Made by a program: the position numbers and the translations under genes. The notes under the pieces were generated by a model that saw only the letters and a program-made list of their open reading frames with translations, was not told where the DNA came from and made no database searches. Positions 1 through 12,222 of a DNA stretch of 64,000 nt are shown one piece after another. The stretch comes from Bugula neritina. Lineage: Eukaryota > Animalia > Bryozoa. The first letter of the stretch is position 1. Every line of letters starts with the position of its first letter. The DNA is taken from contig OZ037773.1 of the NCBI GenBank assembly GCA_964035545.1, positions 1,765,751 through 1,829,750 on the forward strand, read 5' to 3'.

Positions 1-93
1 TGTGCTACTAATGGTGAAGGACTATATGAAGCTATGGATATTCTGGCCACCTACACCAAAGAGTTCAAGAAACAGAGAAATTATGGTTACTAG
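1..93 (+). CDS. 3' end of ADP-ribosylation factor (ARF/ARL) family small GTPase gene (partial, last exon)
   Basis: Frame 1 reads CATNGEGLYEAMDILATYTKEFKKQRNYGY* (TAG 91-93); CATxGxGLYE matches the ARF G5 motif and C-terminal helix (CATSGDGLYEGLDWL in ARF1). Subfamily cannot be fixed from 30 aa. Confidence 0.85.
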   Translation, partial: CATNGEGLYEAMDILATYTKEFKKQRNYGY

Positions 94-588
94 ACTAAAA
101 TCTATTTATCATGTGACAATCCACTAAATGAAAATTTACATTTTTATCTATTTTGGTTGTTGAGTTAATTTCCTGTCATAGCAATATTCATTCTTATTGT
201 ACATAGAAGACTGTTTCTGATATGTGAAGTTGTCTCCCTCTCATCATATCAACTTGAGATTATTTTAACTAGCATGTTGCTGTAATATTATTATCAAACC
301 TAATTTATATATTTTTATAAAACAAAATTGCATACAATGCAATATGTGTGGTTTTTATGTAACATTATTAAATTTCCTTCATAATATAAAATATTATATT
401 TTCAAAACTTGTATATACTAAAGGGTCAAGCATCATGAACTGAAGTGTCGAGAATTTGTACTCTAGCGTCACAAATAAAATACCATGTCGAAATTTTACA
501 TACAACAGAAGAATTTAGCCGTCACCTGTGGAGTTTTATAGTTGGGTCTTAGCAGATCTCTGCATAGACAAGTTGACATATTTATCTC

Positions 589-595
589 GCACACA

Positions 596-651
<56 letters not shown>

Positions 652-655
652 CACG
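589..655. repeat. (GCAC)n / (AC)n microsatellite
   Basis: Direct reading: gcacacacgcacgcacgcac...acacacac. Confidence 0.95.
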
Positions 656-781
656 TACAGGTTACAGGTCACATCTGTTGCAAGAATTTGTGATCAAATA
701 TTTTGACTTCATGAAGAAATAAGAGAATGCAATTCAATAAGTGGCTCTGGACATAAATTAAAATCTCTCTGTACACTCAAC

Positions 782-913
782 TCAATCTTGTGGTAACCAT
801 TTGAAATAAGGCAAACAAAATCAACTTTATAAATATATATATATAATATATATATTTATATTTATAAAGTTGATTTTTGTTTGCCTTATTTCAAATGGTT
901 ACCACAAGATTGA
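782..913. repeat. Near-perfect inverted repeat (~54-bp arms) around an AT-rich spacer
   Basis: tcaatcttgtggtaaccatttgaaataaggcaaacaaaatcaactttataaata ... tatttataaagttgatttttgtttgccttatttcaaatggttaccacaagattga; one extra T in the right arm. Confidence 0.95.
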
Positions 914-915
914 TA

Positions 916-966
<51 letters not shown>

Positions 967-1079
967 GTATATATATATTATACATATATTATACATATAT
1001 CATAATATATATATATATATATATATTATATAATATTATATATATATATATATAATAAATACATATAACTTATACATGC

Positions 1080-1110
<31 letters not shown>
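913..1110. repeat. Degenerate (AT)n microsatellite at left edge of the segmental array
   Basis: Direct reading. Confidence 0.95.
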
Positions 1111-1360
1111 TGTTTTAATATTTTTACAACAATTTAAATATATGAATATAATATGATTGTTGAAGATTAACTTAAATAACTTAAACTCAATGTTGATTCT
1201 AAAAACCATTGTTGCCCACTTCACTTGCAGCAATTTTGTGTACACAGCTAGTAGATTTTATCTTAACATGTACTGTATTGCTATGATTATATTGATGTAA
1301 ATGTAATATTAATATGGATTTTTCTGTATTATTAACTAACCTGTTCTGTATTTTGAACAG

Positions 1361-4300
1361 CATACTAAACCTTGAAGAATTGGGTAAGCAACATTTTCAT
1401 TAAACTACAACATTAAACAATTACAACATATGCTAATGCTATCCAATAAGGTAGATGTTTCTTAGTAATCATATTATTATAATAACTTATATTTACTAAT
1501 GTGTGGGACATATGCACTTACTTATCTCTGCAAGCAGATATTTCTAGTATAGTTCTCATTATAAAAACTATATAGTTTGAATTTACTCTCGTTTGTTATA
1601 CTTACTATAGTTTATAACTGTTACTGTTAGAAAGTATGATTCTAGAGGCTTGTGGTAAAGACTTGCTGTGTGCAGCATGTTAATATAGTACTAATTTCAG
1701 TAGCAATGAGTGTATCTGCAGTATTTATTAATATATATTCTAGTACTAATCTATACCATAGCTAAGAGCTATTGAGTCACAACTATATGTAAAGTATATT
1801 ATATCGTTTTTATGATTAAAAACTGAATTAATAGGATTCCATATTTCGAAAAACAGAGTATTTATATTTAGTAATGTTACTGTATTGAATATAATAAACT
1901 TATTTACTCGTTTAACTGACTACGAATCTGTTTTGTGTAGTATAAACTACTATCAGCAGTTCGCTATGGTCGGGTGGTTTTGTTTGGGAATTTATATTGT
2001 TTGTGTATTGATACGCGAGGTTCTTAATTAGCTTCCCCTAAATGCGCAATCAAAATGTTCCGCATGTTGAGAGAGGATAACTCCAGTTGCGCAAACAATT
2101 TTCAAGCACGCGCAAGCACAAAGAAAAATTTTCGCTTGCGCATTTAGGAGACGCAGTTACGAAGAAACTCGCGTAGCAATACACAAACAATATAAATTCG
2201 AAAACCAAAATCACCTGACCGTAATGACCCGAGGAGCGTAGTTTTATAGTACACAAAGCAATTTTGCTGTCATTTAAATGAGTAAATAAGTTTATTATAT
2301 CCAATATAGTATGAAGCAGCAATACTAAATATATAATACATATATTATTTATGCACGAACTGAGAGAGTGTAGCATGCAGTCTGACCATTTCTAGAATTC
2401 TATTTATAGCACATTCTATGCATATGAGAAACTGAAAGCTTTTACCATAACTTAAACTATTAAATGCCTTTCTGTTATAATTACAGATAAATGTTTCCGT
2501 GTTGAGAAACCCAAGTCAGTTCTGCAAAGGTTTATAGGATATTTGTAAGTAAATTTAACTATAAATATTCGTACATGAACATCAGCTATAATTTTTACAA
2601 CTTTCTAACAAAAGCAGATACTATTCTGATGCAATATTGCAGGACTTAGGTATTTCACAGGTTGCGTGGTTTTATATATTGAATAGGTGTAAAAAGGATG
2701 CTCCAAAACCTGTTGGTTATAAAAACAACGGAGTCTTTTTTAATTTAATATTTATGAAAGCATATTTCTAAAAACTGTAGACTGTTGCTTTTCCCAATTA
2801 GGAATTGTTTAAATTTTTTATTTGGTAATATTTTAGTTATGATGTTGACCCTCCACATATTCCAAATACATTGGAAGGTAAATTTTCTAGTTTCTGTTTT
2901 GTTTTTACAAATTTTTTCTAAACCTACATGCGTTATCACACTGTCTGCCTATGTCTATTTGAATTATCCTGTTTTAAACTAACCCAGATTTATGAATGTT
3001 TTCACTGATGTTGCTAGTAATACCTATACATTATTGGATAATATTAGTTAGAGTTGAATGAAGGGTTATGAGTTTGTGATAGATTGTTGTGATATTTGCT
3101 TGCAGTCATGAGTTTCTATACTAATGCGTGTCTAATATAGTCAGCTAACTTGTGTATGTTAAGAAGCAGGTTGTAATATATAATCTAATGTGTAACCTTG
3201 CAGTATGTTGGAGTTATTGTCTCAGGCTAATCCTAAAGACGGGCTCACAGGCTAATATTATAATAGATTATCTCCAGTTGGATGGGTGAGTGGAGAATAA
3301 ATTCCTACTGAACCATGTCTGGTTATACTCTAAACAATTACCTCCATTTAAAAAAAAATAAAGTTGCCAAGAAGGTGCTAAATTATTTATCTTGTAGCTT
3401 GCAATATTTTTGTTATTATAAAAGCGGATGTCACTTGCAAAAGTTGGAATAATTATTTTAGCAAGCTTTATAGAAAAGTGCTTTTTCCAGAAGCAAAGTT
3501 TGACCCAACAAAAACACTCCCCTTTTCGTCACACAAATAGAAATCTTCAGTTTTTATATTTCAGAATGGCTTATATCAGAGAGATCCTGTTTCTTACCAT
3601 TGTGACTCTAATAATAGTGACTGTCAAAAGACGTAAACAGAAAGTGTCAGACAACTCCAATCCAAAAGTGTCTGGGATGTTATCTCGCAGCACCGAGACT
3701 TCCTGTCCACTAAAAACTCATACTGGGTGTCAGAGTGAGTTATTATGTGTGTTATAAATTAGTATAACATAACGTGATATAATATAGGCTATTTAAATAT
3801 AAGATAATACATAAGATATAATATAGTGTAATGCAGTACCATAAAATATAATATAAAATAATTTGATGCAATATTCTATGTCACATGTAGTACTTATGTG
3901 TTGTAGTAGTATGATGATATTATATTATACTATAATAATGATATAATGTGTTATAAAATTAATTTGCATATATCATATTCTGACATTATTAGTTGCATAG
4001 TGTAGCAAAACATGACATGATAATTGCATGTAACTGTAAAAAAATGGGTGTAGCAGGCCTTTGGATTTAACCTTCACATCAATAAAGTCGATTATTGTTG
4101 AAAATGTATAAATTATAAAGGAAAAACATTTGAAAAAGTGATAATCAGAAATGTGACTTAGCAAAAGGTCTATGCCAAGATGTACTTCATTTCTTTTCCT
4201 TTGTAGAGCCTGTTCATGCATGTAGATGGTTTTTTTACTCATTAAAAACTTTTCTATTTTTTAGCTGATGTCAATCTCGCAAAAGAAAAGCCATCCATAA

Positions 4301-6597
4301 AGACTACAACAGCTTTCACACAAACAGTGGTGAAGGAAACTTGCGGAATAGCCATTCAAACAAACAGCAAAGTGGTTTGTGATGCTTCAAGTCAAAGTAG
4401 AAATGAGACCCGTGAAGTTGGCAGTCAAGGAGTTGCCACATCTACTGCGAATGAATACACAGAAACCAGTATGCGATATACTCAGGATGGGAAAACTCAA
4501 ACCAGTGTCTCTTCTACTCAAGACGGAAACACCCAGACAAATGTTGTTTTAGATCTTCAAACCACTGGCACTCAAAGTAAGCATTTTTATTAAACAATTA
4601 TAGAGAAAGATGTCTTTTAAGAACTTTAATGTTTAGATTCAAATAAAAAATTTTCATGATAGTTGTTTTGCTCTAAATAAAACAAACTAAATAAAACTTT
4701 TGAGAATAAAAGTAATATATGTTTAACTTTAGCCACTAACCCAGTCAACTCAAATGACGGAGGCCAGCAGAATCTGAAAATCTCAGATGAAGTCCATTTT
4801 CAGAGTGACAAGTGTCAATTAAAAGCCGCTGGTAACTCAACATCTCAAGGGCAACCAATTCCAGCGTCAACAACCAGCAGCAAAAAGGCGAAAAACAAGC
4901 GAAGAAACCGAAATATGACAGCGCTTTCCTGTCTCGACCAGTTTTTTAAGCAAAGAACACCCCAGAATAAAAATGCTCCTACAGATTCAAGCTACACGAG
5001 TGTGTCAGTCACAGGAACTAAGTCAGGAGACAACCATGATGACTCCGTAAACCTTACTGTCTCCTTAACCACAATTACTACATCAGTAGACAAGGAGGTA
5101 GAAGTTAAAAACCTTCAAGTTTCTTCTATGGCCGGAAAAGAGACACCCGTGATGAAAAAAGAAGCTAAGGTTTCTGATAATGTTGAGAACAACAACTCAA
5201 AGTCAACAACAGCAATCCCTGAGATGAAGGCAGCACCAGCTAATGATGAGATTGATTTAAAAATCACTATGAGTGCACAGAAACTTTCTCAAGCTAGAGC
5301 CGATCTTGAGGAATTGAAGACAAGAACTTTTGTCAATGAAATAATCAATAATATTGTTATAGATGCAACAAAAGACTTGTTTAAGCCTAGTCTGGGTTCA
5401 GAAAATGAAGACATCAGAGCTACTGAAGAAGATGAACAAGATTCATTAGAATATGACAGATTATACATCCATACATTGCCAACGATAGAGGAAGAAGAAT
5501 GGGAAGTTGATATACCAGCAACTTATGCGAGTGTTTCCAAAAAATATGTTTTGGATGAAGCAATAAAGTCTATGGCTGAACTTGCCTCCTTGACAGATTC
5601 ATTTTTGAATGACGTTTCAGCAAGAAGAAGTTCAGCTGATGTGATTGGCTCAGGAGTCTCAAGACGCACTGACAATGATCTACAAGTTGACCTAGATACT
5701 CAAGATGACAGATGGGAAACATCTTCTGTAGATTCTTTTGAGGTAAGTTGATATATTCAACATAAAACTATTTTTATATTTTAAGGAAACAGATAGTATG
5801 TTTTAAATTTTGGCAAATTTGAGTGATTTAGCTTAATTATACAATTTTTTGTGAATTTTTTTGCTCAAAAATTGGCTAATACTGTCATACAAACATCAAG
5901 AGTTCTGGTCTTCAAGGTTCAACTACAAAATATAAAAACTTTGTGGTAAAAATTTATTGTTACTCAAAAATAGTATAACTCCCAAGTTTTGATTTTTCAA
6001 AGGAAAATGAGAGAAAAATAAAAACTGATTATCAAATCAGAAGACAACTCCAGCTAAGCCTGTGTTCCAGTGAGACTGATGTATCCTGCTCCTGTATGAG
6101 AAGAGTTGGTGAGTAGATAGGACTATTATACAGCTAAATATTAGCATCACTTGATAATGAGCTGAATATATCTGATAAATTGGAGCTTACTGATGATACC
6201 TGCTGCATGTACATGTTCCGTTACTTAGCAGTTCATAAGAGCGAGTTGTAATATTCTTGCCCATGATCATGTATAGAATGAAATATAGAGATACTATCCC
6301 TGTGATTTTTGATCGCAATTTGACCGAAAACTTTATTCATACCACTTCATATTTTGAAATATATTATAATTGTATTTTACACTACGTTCATAAAAGTTTG
6401 TTGGTCGGCTAAGATATAATATATAATCTAATAACTTCACTTATTTCTATGCTGCTGTAGGTGGTGCTCACTCAATGAAAAAATCTAAAATACCGAGACC
6501 AGTGACATCAGCTGGTTCTCTCGCACCTTTAAAGAAGAAAATCTATTCTCAAAAGCAAAGATCGCTTATCCCTGTTCGCAGCTCTGTCTCTAAATGA
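1361..6597 (+). CDS. Orphan membrane-anchored scaffold gene, copy 1 (no clear exon 1; single internal module). Exons 1361-1383, 2487-2544, 2837-2877, 3204-3285, 3565-3734, 4265-4576, 4733-5742, 6003-6108, 6461-6597
   Basis: All exons bounded by AG/GT, phases chain without stops to TGA 6595-6597; differences from copies 2/3 in the small exons are often synonymous (ctt/ctc, gaa/gag, ttg/ctg, acg/act, ttg/tta). 577 aa if started at ATG 3566. Confidence 0.75.
1878..2311. mobile_element. Fold-back element / MITE with long (~175-bp) imperfect terminal inverted repeats, TA at both ends (intron 2 of scaffold gene copy 1)
   Basis: Left arm tactgtattgaatataataaacttatttactc...ctaaatgcgcaatcaaaat mirrors right arm ttttcgcttgcgcatttag...gagtaaataagtttattatatccaatatagta; CpG-richer than flanks; no coding capacity. 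Confidence 0.8.
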
Positions 6598-7933
6598 CTC
6601 GGCATGTAATGACAAGGCAGCAAGGCATAGTTCTTTACATAGAAATAGTTTACTAATGTCAAGTATAGAAACTATTACCCATGTGAAAACTGTCAATTAA
6701 CTCTTAAAATTTCAAACTGTCAATTTTTTCACATATATAGGTAGTTTCTATTCTCAGTGTTAGATTGAGATCAACATTGGAAATATTGCTAAATTTGAAA
6801 ACTGACAATAGTAACTTTGTAGGGGTGATGTTCTCAGTTTAAAAAAATCTAAAAATCTTGAAAAAAAATTTAATTTTCATTTATTCAATTATGTTTTCTA
6901 AACATTAAATGACAAAATTTTAGCCTTTCTCTTTTTAGCAAGATCTCTAGATGCCCAGAATTAAAATATAAGAAGAATTATATTATAAATTATCAACATT
7001 TTCAAACAGTGTGGGTCTTTCATGAGTAGGCTGCATTCACCTCATTTATGATAAAAAAATATTTTTTGCTCCATGTAATGATTGACTAAATACTATTTAC
7101 AATTAATTGTTTCTATTTATAAAAAAAATCAAATCTCCAAAAAAAAATTGTTCAAGTGTAGCATTGCCAAATATTTTCTTTTTGAAACTATACTATAAGT
7201 TATGATATATCCTGCTATTGTGATATTGTATAAATATAAATATTATTTTATTAGTTGGTACTGAAATTCAAAAAAATCTGGAAAAAAAATTATAACTTTA
7301 TTTTTTCAATTGTGCTTTTTAAACAGTAAATGACAACCTTTTAAAATTTCTGTCCTAAGAAAAATCTCTATAGATCTGCCTAATGTAAAAAAGAAGAGTA
7401 ATGGACTGTAAACAAATGCTATAACTCTCTAAATCCTCTATCTTCTTTTGTTATTATATTTCTCTTGCTCATGAAATAAATGTTACATCTATTTGTTCTC
7501 CCTGAGGCTTGATTAAATAACTATTATGGAGTATTTTTTGTTTATTAAATTATCAGATTATTTTAAAACCAGTTGAAAATCTGTAATATTTTTGCTTTTC
7601 GTAGTTTTACCAGTAAATGGCTGTATATCTGTAATATGATACTTATTATTTGAAACTAATAAATGATTCATTAGAAACAAAAGCCTATTACAGTTTTTAA
7701 ATGTTACTGATCCCAGCTTTGCAAATGATTCCCTTGCATTATTCAAACAAAATACTATAGCTTTTGCACTTTATAATGGTTCTTGATTGGTTGAAAGTTC
7801 TACTCTGATTCTCAAAACACATATATACATGTCTGTAACCGATGCTGCACTTCATTTACACTATAAAGACTTGTCTCTGATTTTGACAGTCATAAATATA
7901 TTTAGCCAAAGATCATGTTGAAAACACACAGCA

Positions 7934-10900
7934 CTAACAATCTTTCTGATTGGTAATGCAATTCCTGTGAGCTGCTGTTGCTTCTGTTGTGATTGCCAGT
8001 ATGCTTAGGTTTGAGGATGGCAACAGTGCCGTCACTGATGTTGAGTCTGGTTGGTATGAACTTAGTCTAAAATTAAAAAATAGACGTTTTGAGTTTCTGC
8101 TATATTTACAACATATTCATGTATACGTAAAGTTCGAACAAAGGTTCTAAGCGTCATATAAACACACTGCATGTAGTAAAACATCTGTCAAAATACAGTA
8201 GTTACTCCCTCCTGTGTTAGCATGTTTTCGCTGGCTAACGTTCATATTTGAGTGTTTCACTAAATTTATTTTCTTCAAATTTTGGTTATTGGTTTTTTCT
8301 CCAAGATCTATGAGTTGAACAACATTTTATAATATAAACTTAACCTACATAGCAATGTTGATAAAAAGATTCACTTACATATGGACATTTTGGTTGGTCA
8401 TGAATATTGACATGCTCCTGCTTTTCTTCTACTTTGTGTATAGCTGTAATAAAAAAGTTGAAATGTATTAGTTTGTGCACGAAAAATTATACTCGCATCT
8501 AGTAAAATTATTTCAAAAATCTTTTAATTTGATGCTTCCAAATCACACTATGTATATACATATAATTTAAATCTTTTAATAGAAAAATTAGGCAATAATT
8601 TTTGCAGCTTGCACAGGATAAATTTTAAAATAAACAAAATGTTTTATTTATTCATAAAAAAACTGCAAACTGCACTAATATAATTGTAAAACCCAATGCA
8701 ATTGCAGCTAACACAAAATTTGCTAATAATAAAACACTATAACACAGCTATTTATTCTAGTGGTGATTGTGAAACTCACTCTAAACTTTGGGGCAGTCAT
8801 ATCCCTGAGGAAGGGCTGAATAACAACTGTGAAGACCTTCTTAGTATCATACCTGCCGTTACTAACCAGTCTCTGGACAGCATCTGCATAACTCTTAGTC
8901 AGAGTATCCAACTCTGTTACATCTGATTTAGTCACACAGGAACAGTAGTGCAGTCTAGAGAGAGGAGAGGTAATAAAACTGTATTACTAAGAGCTCAGAT
9001 GGAATTTGCCAACATAATATTATGTGTTATTATATGGCTATCACTTATACAACCGAGTAAATTTTTTTAATCATTTTAGTATTTACTAATTTTCAAATGC
9101 ATAATAATGATTAATTTGCAAAATGCTAGAAAACATGAATTTATGCATTTGTTGTGACTTAATAAGATTGCATGGCGTGTGATTAGCTTAATATAGGCTA
9201 TCAAAGTACGGAAAAACTTTATGCTATTTTATGCAATATCAACAAAGCATTACATGTAAGTGCTTATCAGATATACTGCATTGTATAATGTGAAATGCAT
9301 GCTTAATAATTATACATTAACATGACTGCAATAACCAAAAGTGTCACCCATAACCGACTATATGCGAAATATTTATTTATAAAATGGAACAGTTTTTAAG
9401 TTCTTAAATTCCTAAAGTCTTTAGCACACTATTACCACCATAATAACAGTACCCTTGCTAACACTATCTTAATATTCTAAAGAGCACAGTTACCTGCTAT
9501 ACACAAAGCATAGCCAGTGGAATTAAAGCTTCAGTACTAAATTTGAAAATAGTTGCAATAAAATTAAGCCACGCTTCAAAATTATCATAATGAAACAGAT
9601 AAAATAATCATAATGATGCAGGTAAAGCTGTATGTCTTTAGACCAGCATGCTTGGTGCTAAAATTGTTGTTACTCTAATAATTATTGTTTTTAAATGATA
9701 ATACTTGTACATTTAGCTATAGAGGATAAAAACAAACTAACCTGAACAACAATTTAAAATCGTTATAGAATATGCAAACAGCTTAATGGTTACTTTATAA
9801 AACGTTACCTAAGGTTACGCTCACACCTTGAGTGAGACCGAACCATATCCCTAACCTTCCCTATTCCATACATCTCTATAAAGTTGACTAAGGTTTTTGG
9901 TAAGTTGGCATGTAGATAGTCAAGAGCTGCCTGTATATTCTCTACATAATTTTCAAGTGAATACTTTTTCTAAACTTGTAGAAAAAAATATAGCCACTTA
10001 CCGACATACAGGTCTTTCCCTTCTCTCAACAATGACAAGGGACCATTTGGAAATGGACTGCTTTCCCCACGCAAATTTTTCTCCTTTGAAAAAACAGGCC
10101 CAGATACTAGCTTGTTAGGATCTAAGGAGCTGAGTATATTCCGTCCATAGTTACCAACAATGTATTGGTTATTTCCCACGCTGGCAATTTCATGCTGATA
10201 AGTAAATTGAACCTCATCAGCTTTTCCATAGTATAAGTTACCAAGCGCTGTAAATCCAGCTACCACTTTGCTGTTAACAACCCCCTTGTCAGACTAACTT
10301 ATCTGAGAAATGTAGCCAGCCACATTAGTTACCAGCAACTCTTGGTTAGCCCAGAGCAGTCCTCTTGGATTCTTGAGGTTAGATTTTGTCACCATGCTTA
10401 GTTCTCCTGTCTCCTAACCTACAGATCTCAGTGCATTGTTGAATTCATCAGTAACTAGTAACTTGCCTGGGTTTCTAATATCTACTTTCACACCCCTTGG
10501 GTAAAACAACCGCCCGACTCATACTCTTCCATTCTTATTGCCACCAGATCCACATGTTTCTGCTAGTGATTGCACATTGTTGTTTCCCCTGTGGAGAACA
10601 TAGAGGCAGTGTCTGTCACGGTCCACAACAACCACATGTGTGTTATTAACTTGGGTGAAGCCGTGTACTTTAAGTGTGACACAAGATTCGAGGATGTCTG
10701 ACCATCGGTTGTTTGTAGACCAGCAAAAGTGCCGATCATAATACTTTCATCATTCTTGTAGCCATCCCGTTCCATATGAAACACTTAGGCAGAAACTTGA
10801 AGAAACAGTTCTGATAAGTTGTAAGAGACACTGAGATAAGTTTTTGTATCGTGTTAATTGATAAAAATCATGAAAGTTTATAATCACTCTCCTTGTGAGA

Positions 10901-11834
10901 AACCCTGACAGAAAGAGTTTTCTTAAAAGCAGATTATATAAAGTACTTATTCATATGTGGCACAGGAGCAATTATGATTTGATGCTTGTCCTAGCATCAC
11001 CAAGGTCTTTACTGGAAATCTAACCTATGACTTCGAGTTACTAAGCCAAACACGCTAATTACCCTTAGACCTGCTCTCTGCATTGCATTACTTGATAATG
11101 AGTCATCAATAAATTGGTGAATATGCTGGAAAACTAGTTGGAAAAAAATATTGCAAAATATTTTATCATGACATAAGTTTATTATTTACTAACAACTTGA
11201 AAGCTTGATAAAATATTTTTACATATTATTAAGCAGTTGGTGATTATCAAACTAATATCTTAAAAAGTAAATGTGAATTACACTATGAATATAAGGTTCT
11301 TATGTTATTATAATATATGTGCTAAAGTCTCTACCACAAAACAGGACATATCTATTCACCTTAATTCTTGATTTTTATTCGACTCTGCCTTTTCACTTGC
11401 AGCCAGTAGAATCTAAAAAAGAAATTAACAAACTCCAACAACGATGTATTAGACAAAGTTGATTGCATTTCATAATTTCACAATATACAAAGAAGTTTTT
11501 GTAAAGTTTTATGTAAGTGTTATTTTAAAAAGTCTAATAGACTGATTTAAAATTCTTATTTCAGTCAATTTAGTATAAGATTTTATAAAACTGTAAGTAT
11601 CAAATGTAAGAAAAAACATGCAAATATTATATTTTATACACTTCATAGGCTTGTCTAGATATACTTAAATTTTCTACGTAAGTTCCTCAGCTTAATAAAC
11701 TAAACTTTATAGCAATTATCAAAGATCTATACAAACCAATAGTAAACAATAGCAATCCTATTATTGTAACTACACAAGTTAAGTTAATAAAATGATATAC
11801 TTACAGCAAAAACAAACTAATTTCTCAATATCAT
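7934..11834 (-). pseudogene. Phospholipase B1-like (SGNH/GDSL lipase) pseudogene, copy 1; recognisable exons 9809-9969, 8780-8954, 8379-8443, probable 5' exons 11805-11834 and 11360-11412, probable last exon 7934-8066
   Basis: KKYSLENYVENIQAALDYLHANLPKTLVNFIEM and LVSNGRYDTKKVFTVVIQPFLRD match PLB1-family ALDILHxExPRxxVN and SGRYDxxxDFTVVxQPF motifs; GDSL block I exon absent, DCxH exon deleted, 2-nt frameshift in 8379-8443, TAG in codon 6 of the putative first exon. Confidence 0.82.
10002..10790 (-). pseudogene. NHL-repeat / beta-propeller-like pseudo-exon nested between the 5' exons and lipase exons (unit 1 only)
   Basis: Reconstructed across one frameshift and three stops: VFHMERDG...GFTQVNNTHVVVVDRDRHCLYVLHR...AETCGSGGNKNG..RLFYPRGVKVDIRNPGKLLVTDEFNNALRSV..LKNPRGLLWANQELLVTN..VVAG..QFTYQHEI..DLYVG; FxxPxG...LLVTDxxNxxLR is the NHL blade pattern; ends at G|GTAAGT donor. 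Confidence 0.75.
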
Positions 11835-12222
11835 TTTGTACTCAAACAGCCTTCTTAGTACTGAAAGGTTCAGAATACAGAATGCTCACTTTAGTAGCAA
11901 ATACGTTGTATTAGAGTTTCTCAATTATTACCAACTCACATGTGTTTCTTCCCACATATAGTCTATCATTTAGATATTCAGGATACTGCTTACAATGGGC
12001 AACTCATAAAGTCACAGTTACTATTGAAGCTATTATTTGATACTTTAAGGGTGAAATGAAGAAATAATATATTTGTATTTGGCTATAGATTTTGGTTATC
12101 AAACTGAAAAGTAAGCTATATGGTATCTCAGTAATGATAGAAATACTTGCAAGATAGATTAGAGGATTCTTTTTGAAGTACTTTTTGTCTTGCTTAGATC
12201 TAAACAGCTTCAATTCGTAGCC

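Noticed and set aside
528-1245. ORFs 528-722, 870-1055, 1036-1245 (THAR / YI repeats)
   Set aside because: Translations of microsatellites
3428-3565. N-terminal extension MSLAKVGIIILAS... of the 109-aa ORF (also 26107)
   Set aside because: Lies in an intron before the ttcag acceptor; frame is broken by a 1-nt deletion in unit 2
4915-4960. LSCLDQFFKQR as a PCNA-binding PIP box
   Set aside because: Lacks the Gln at position 1 and the protein appears membrane-anchored; too weak to call
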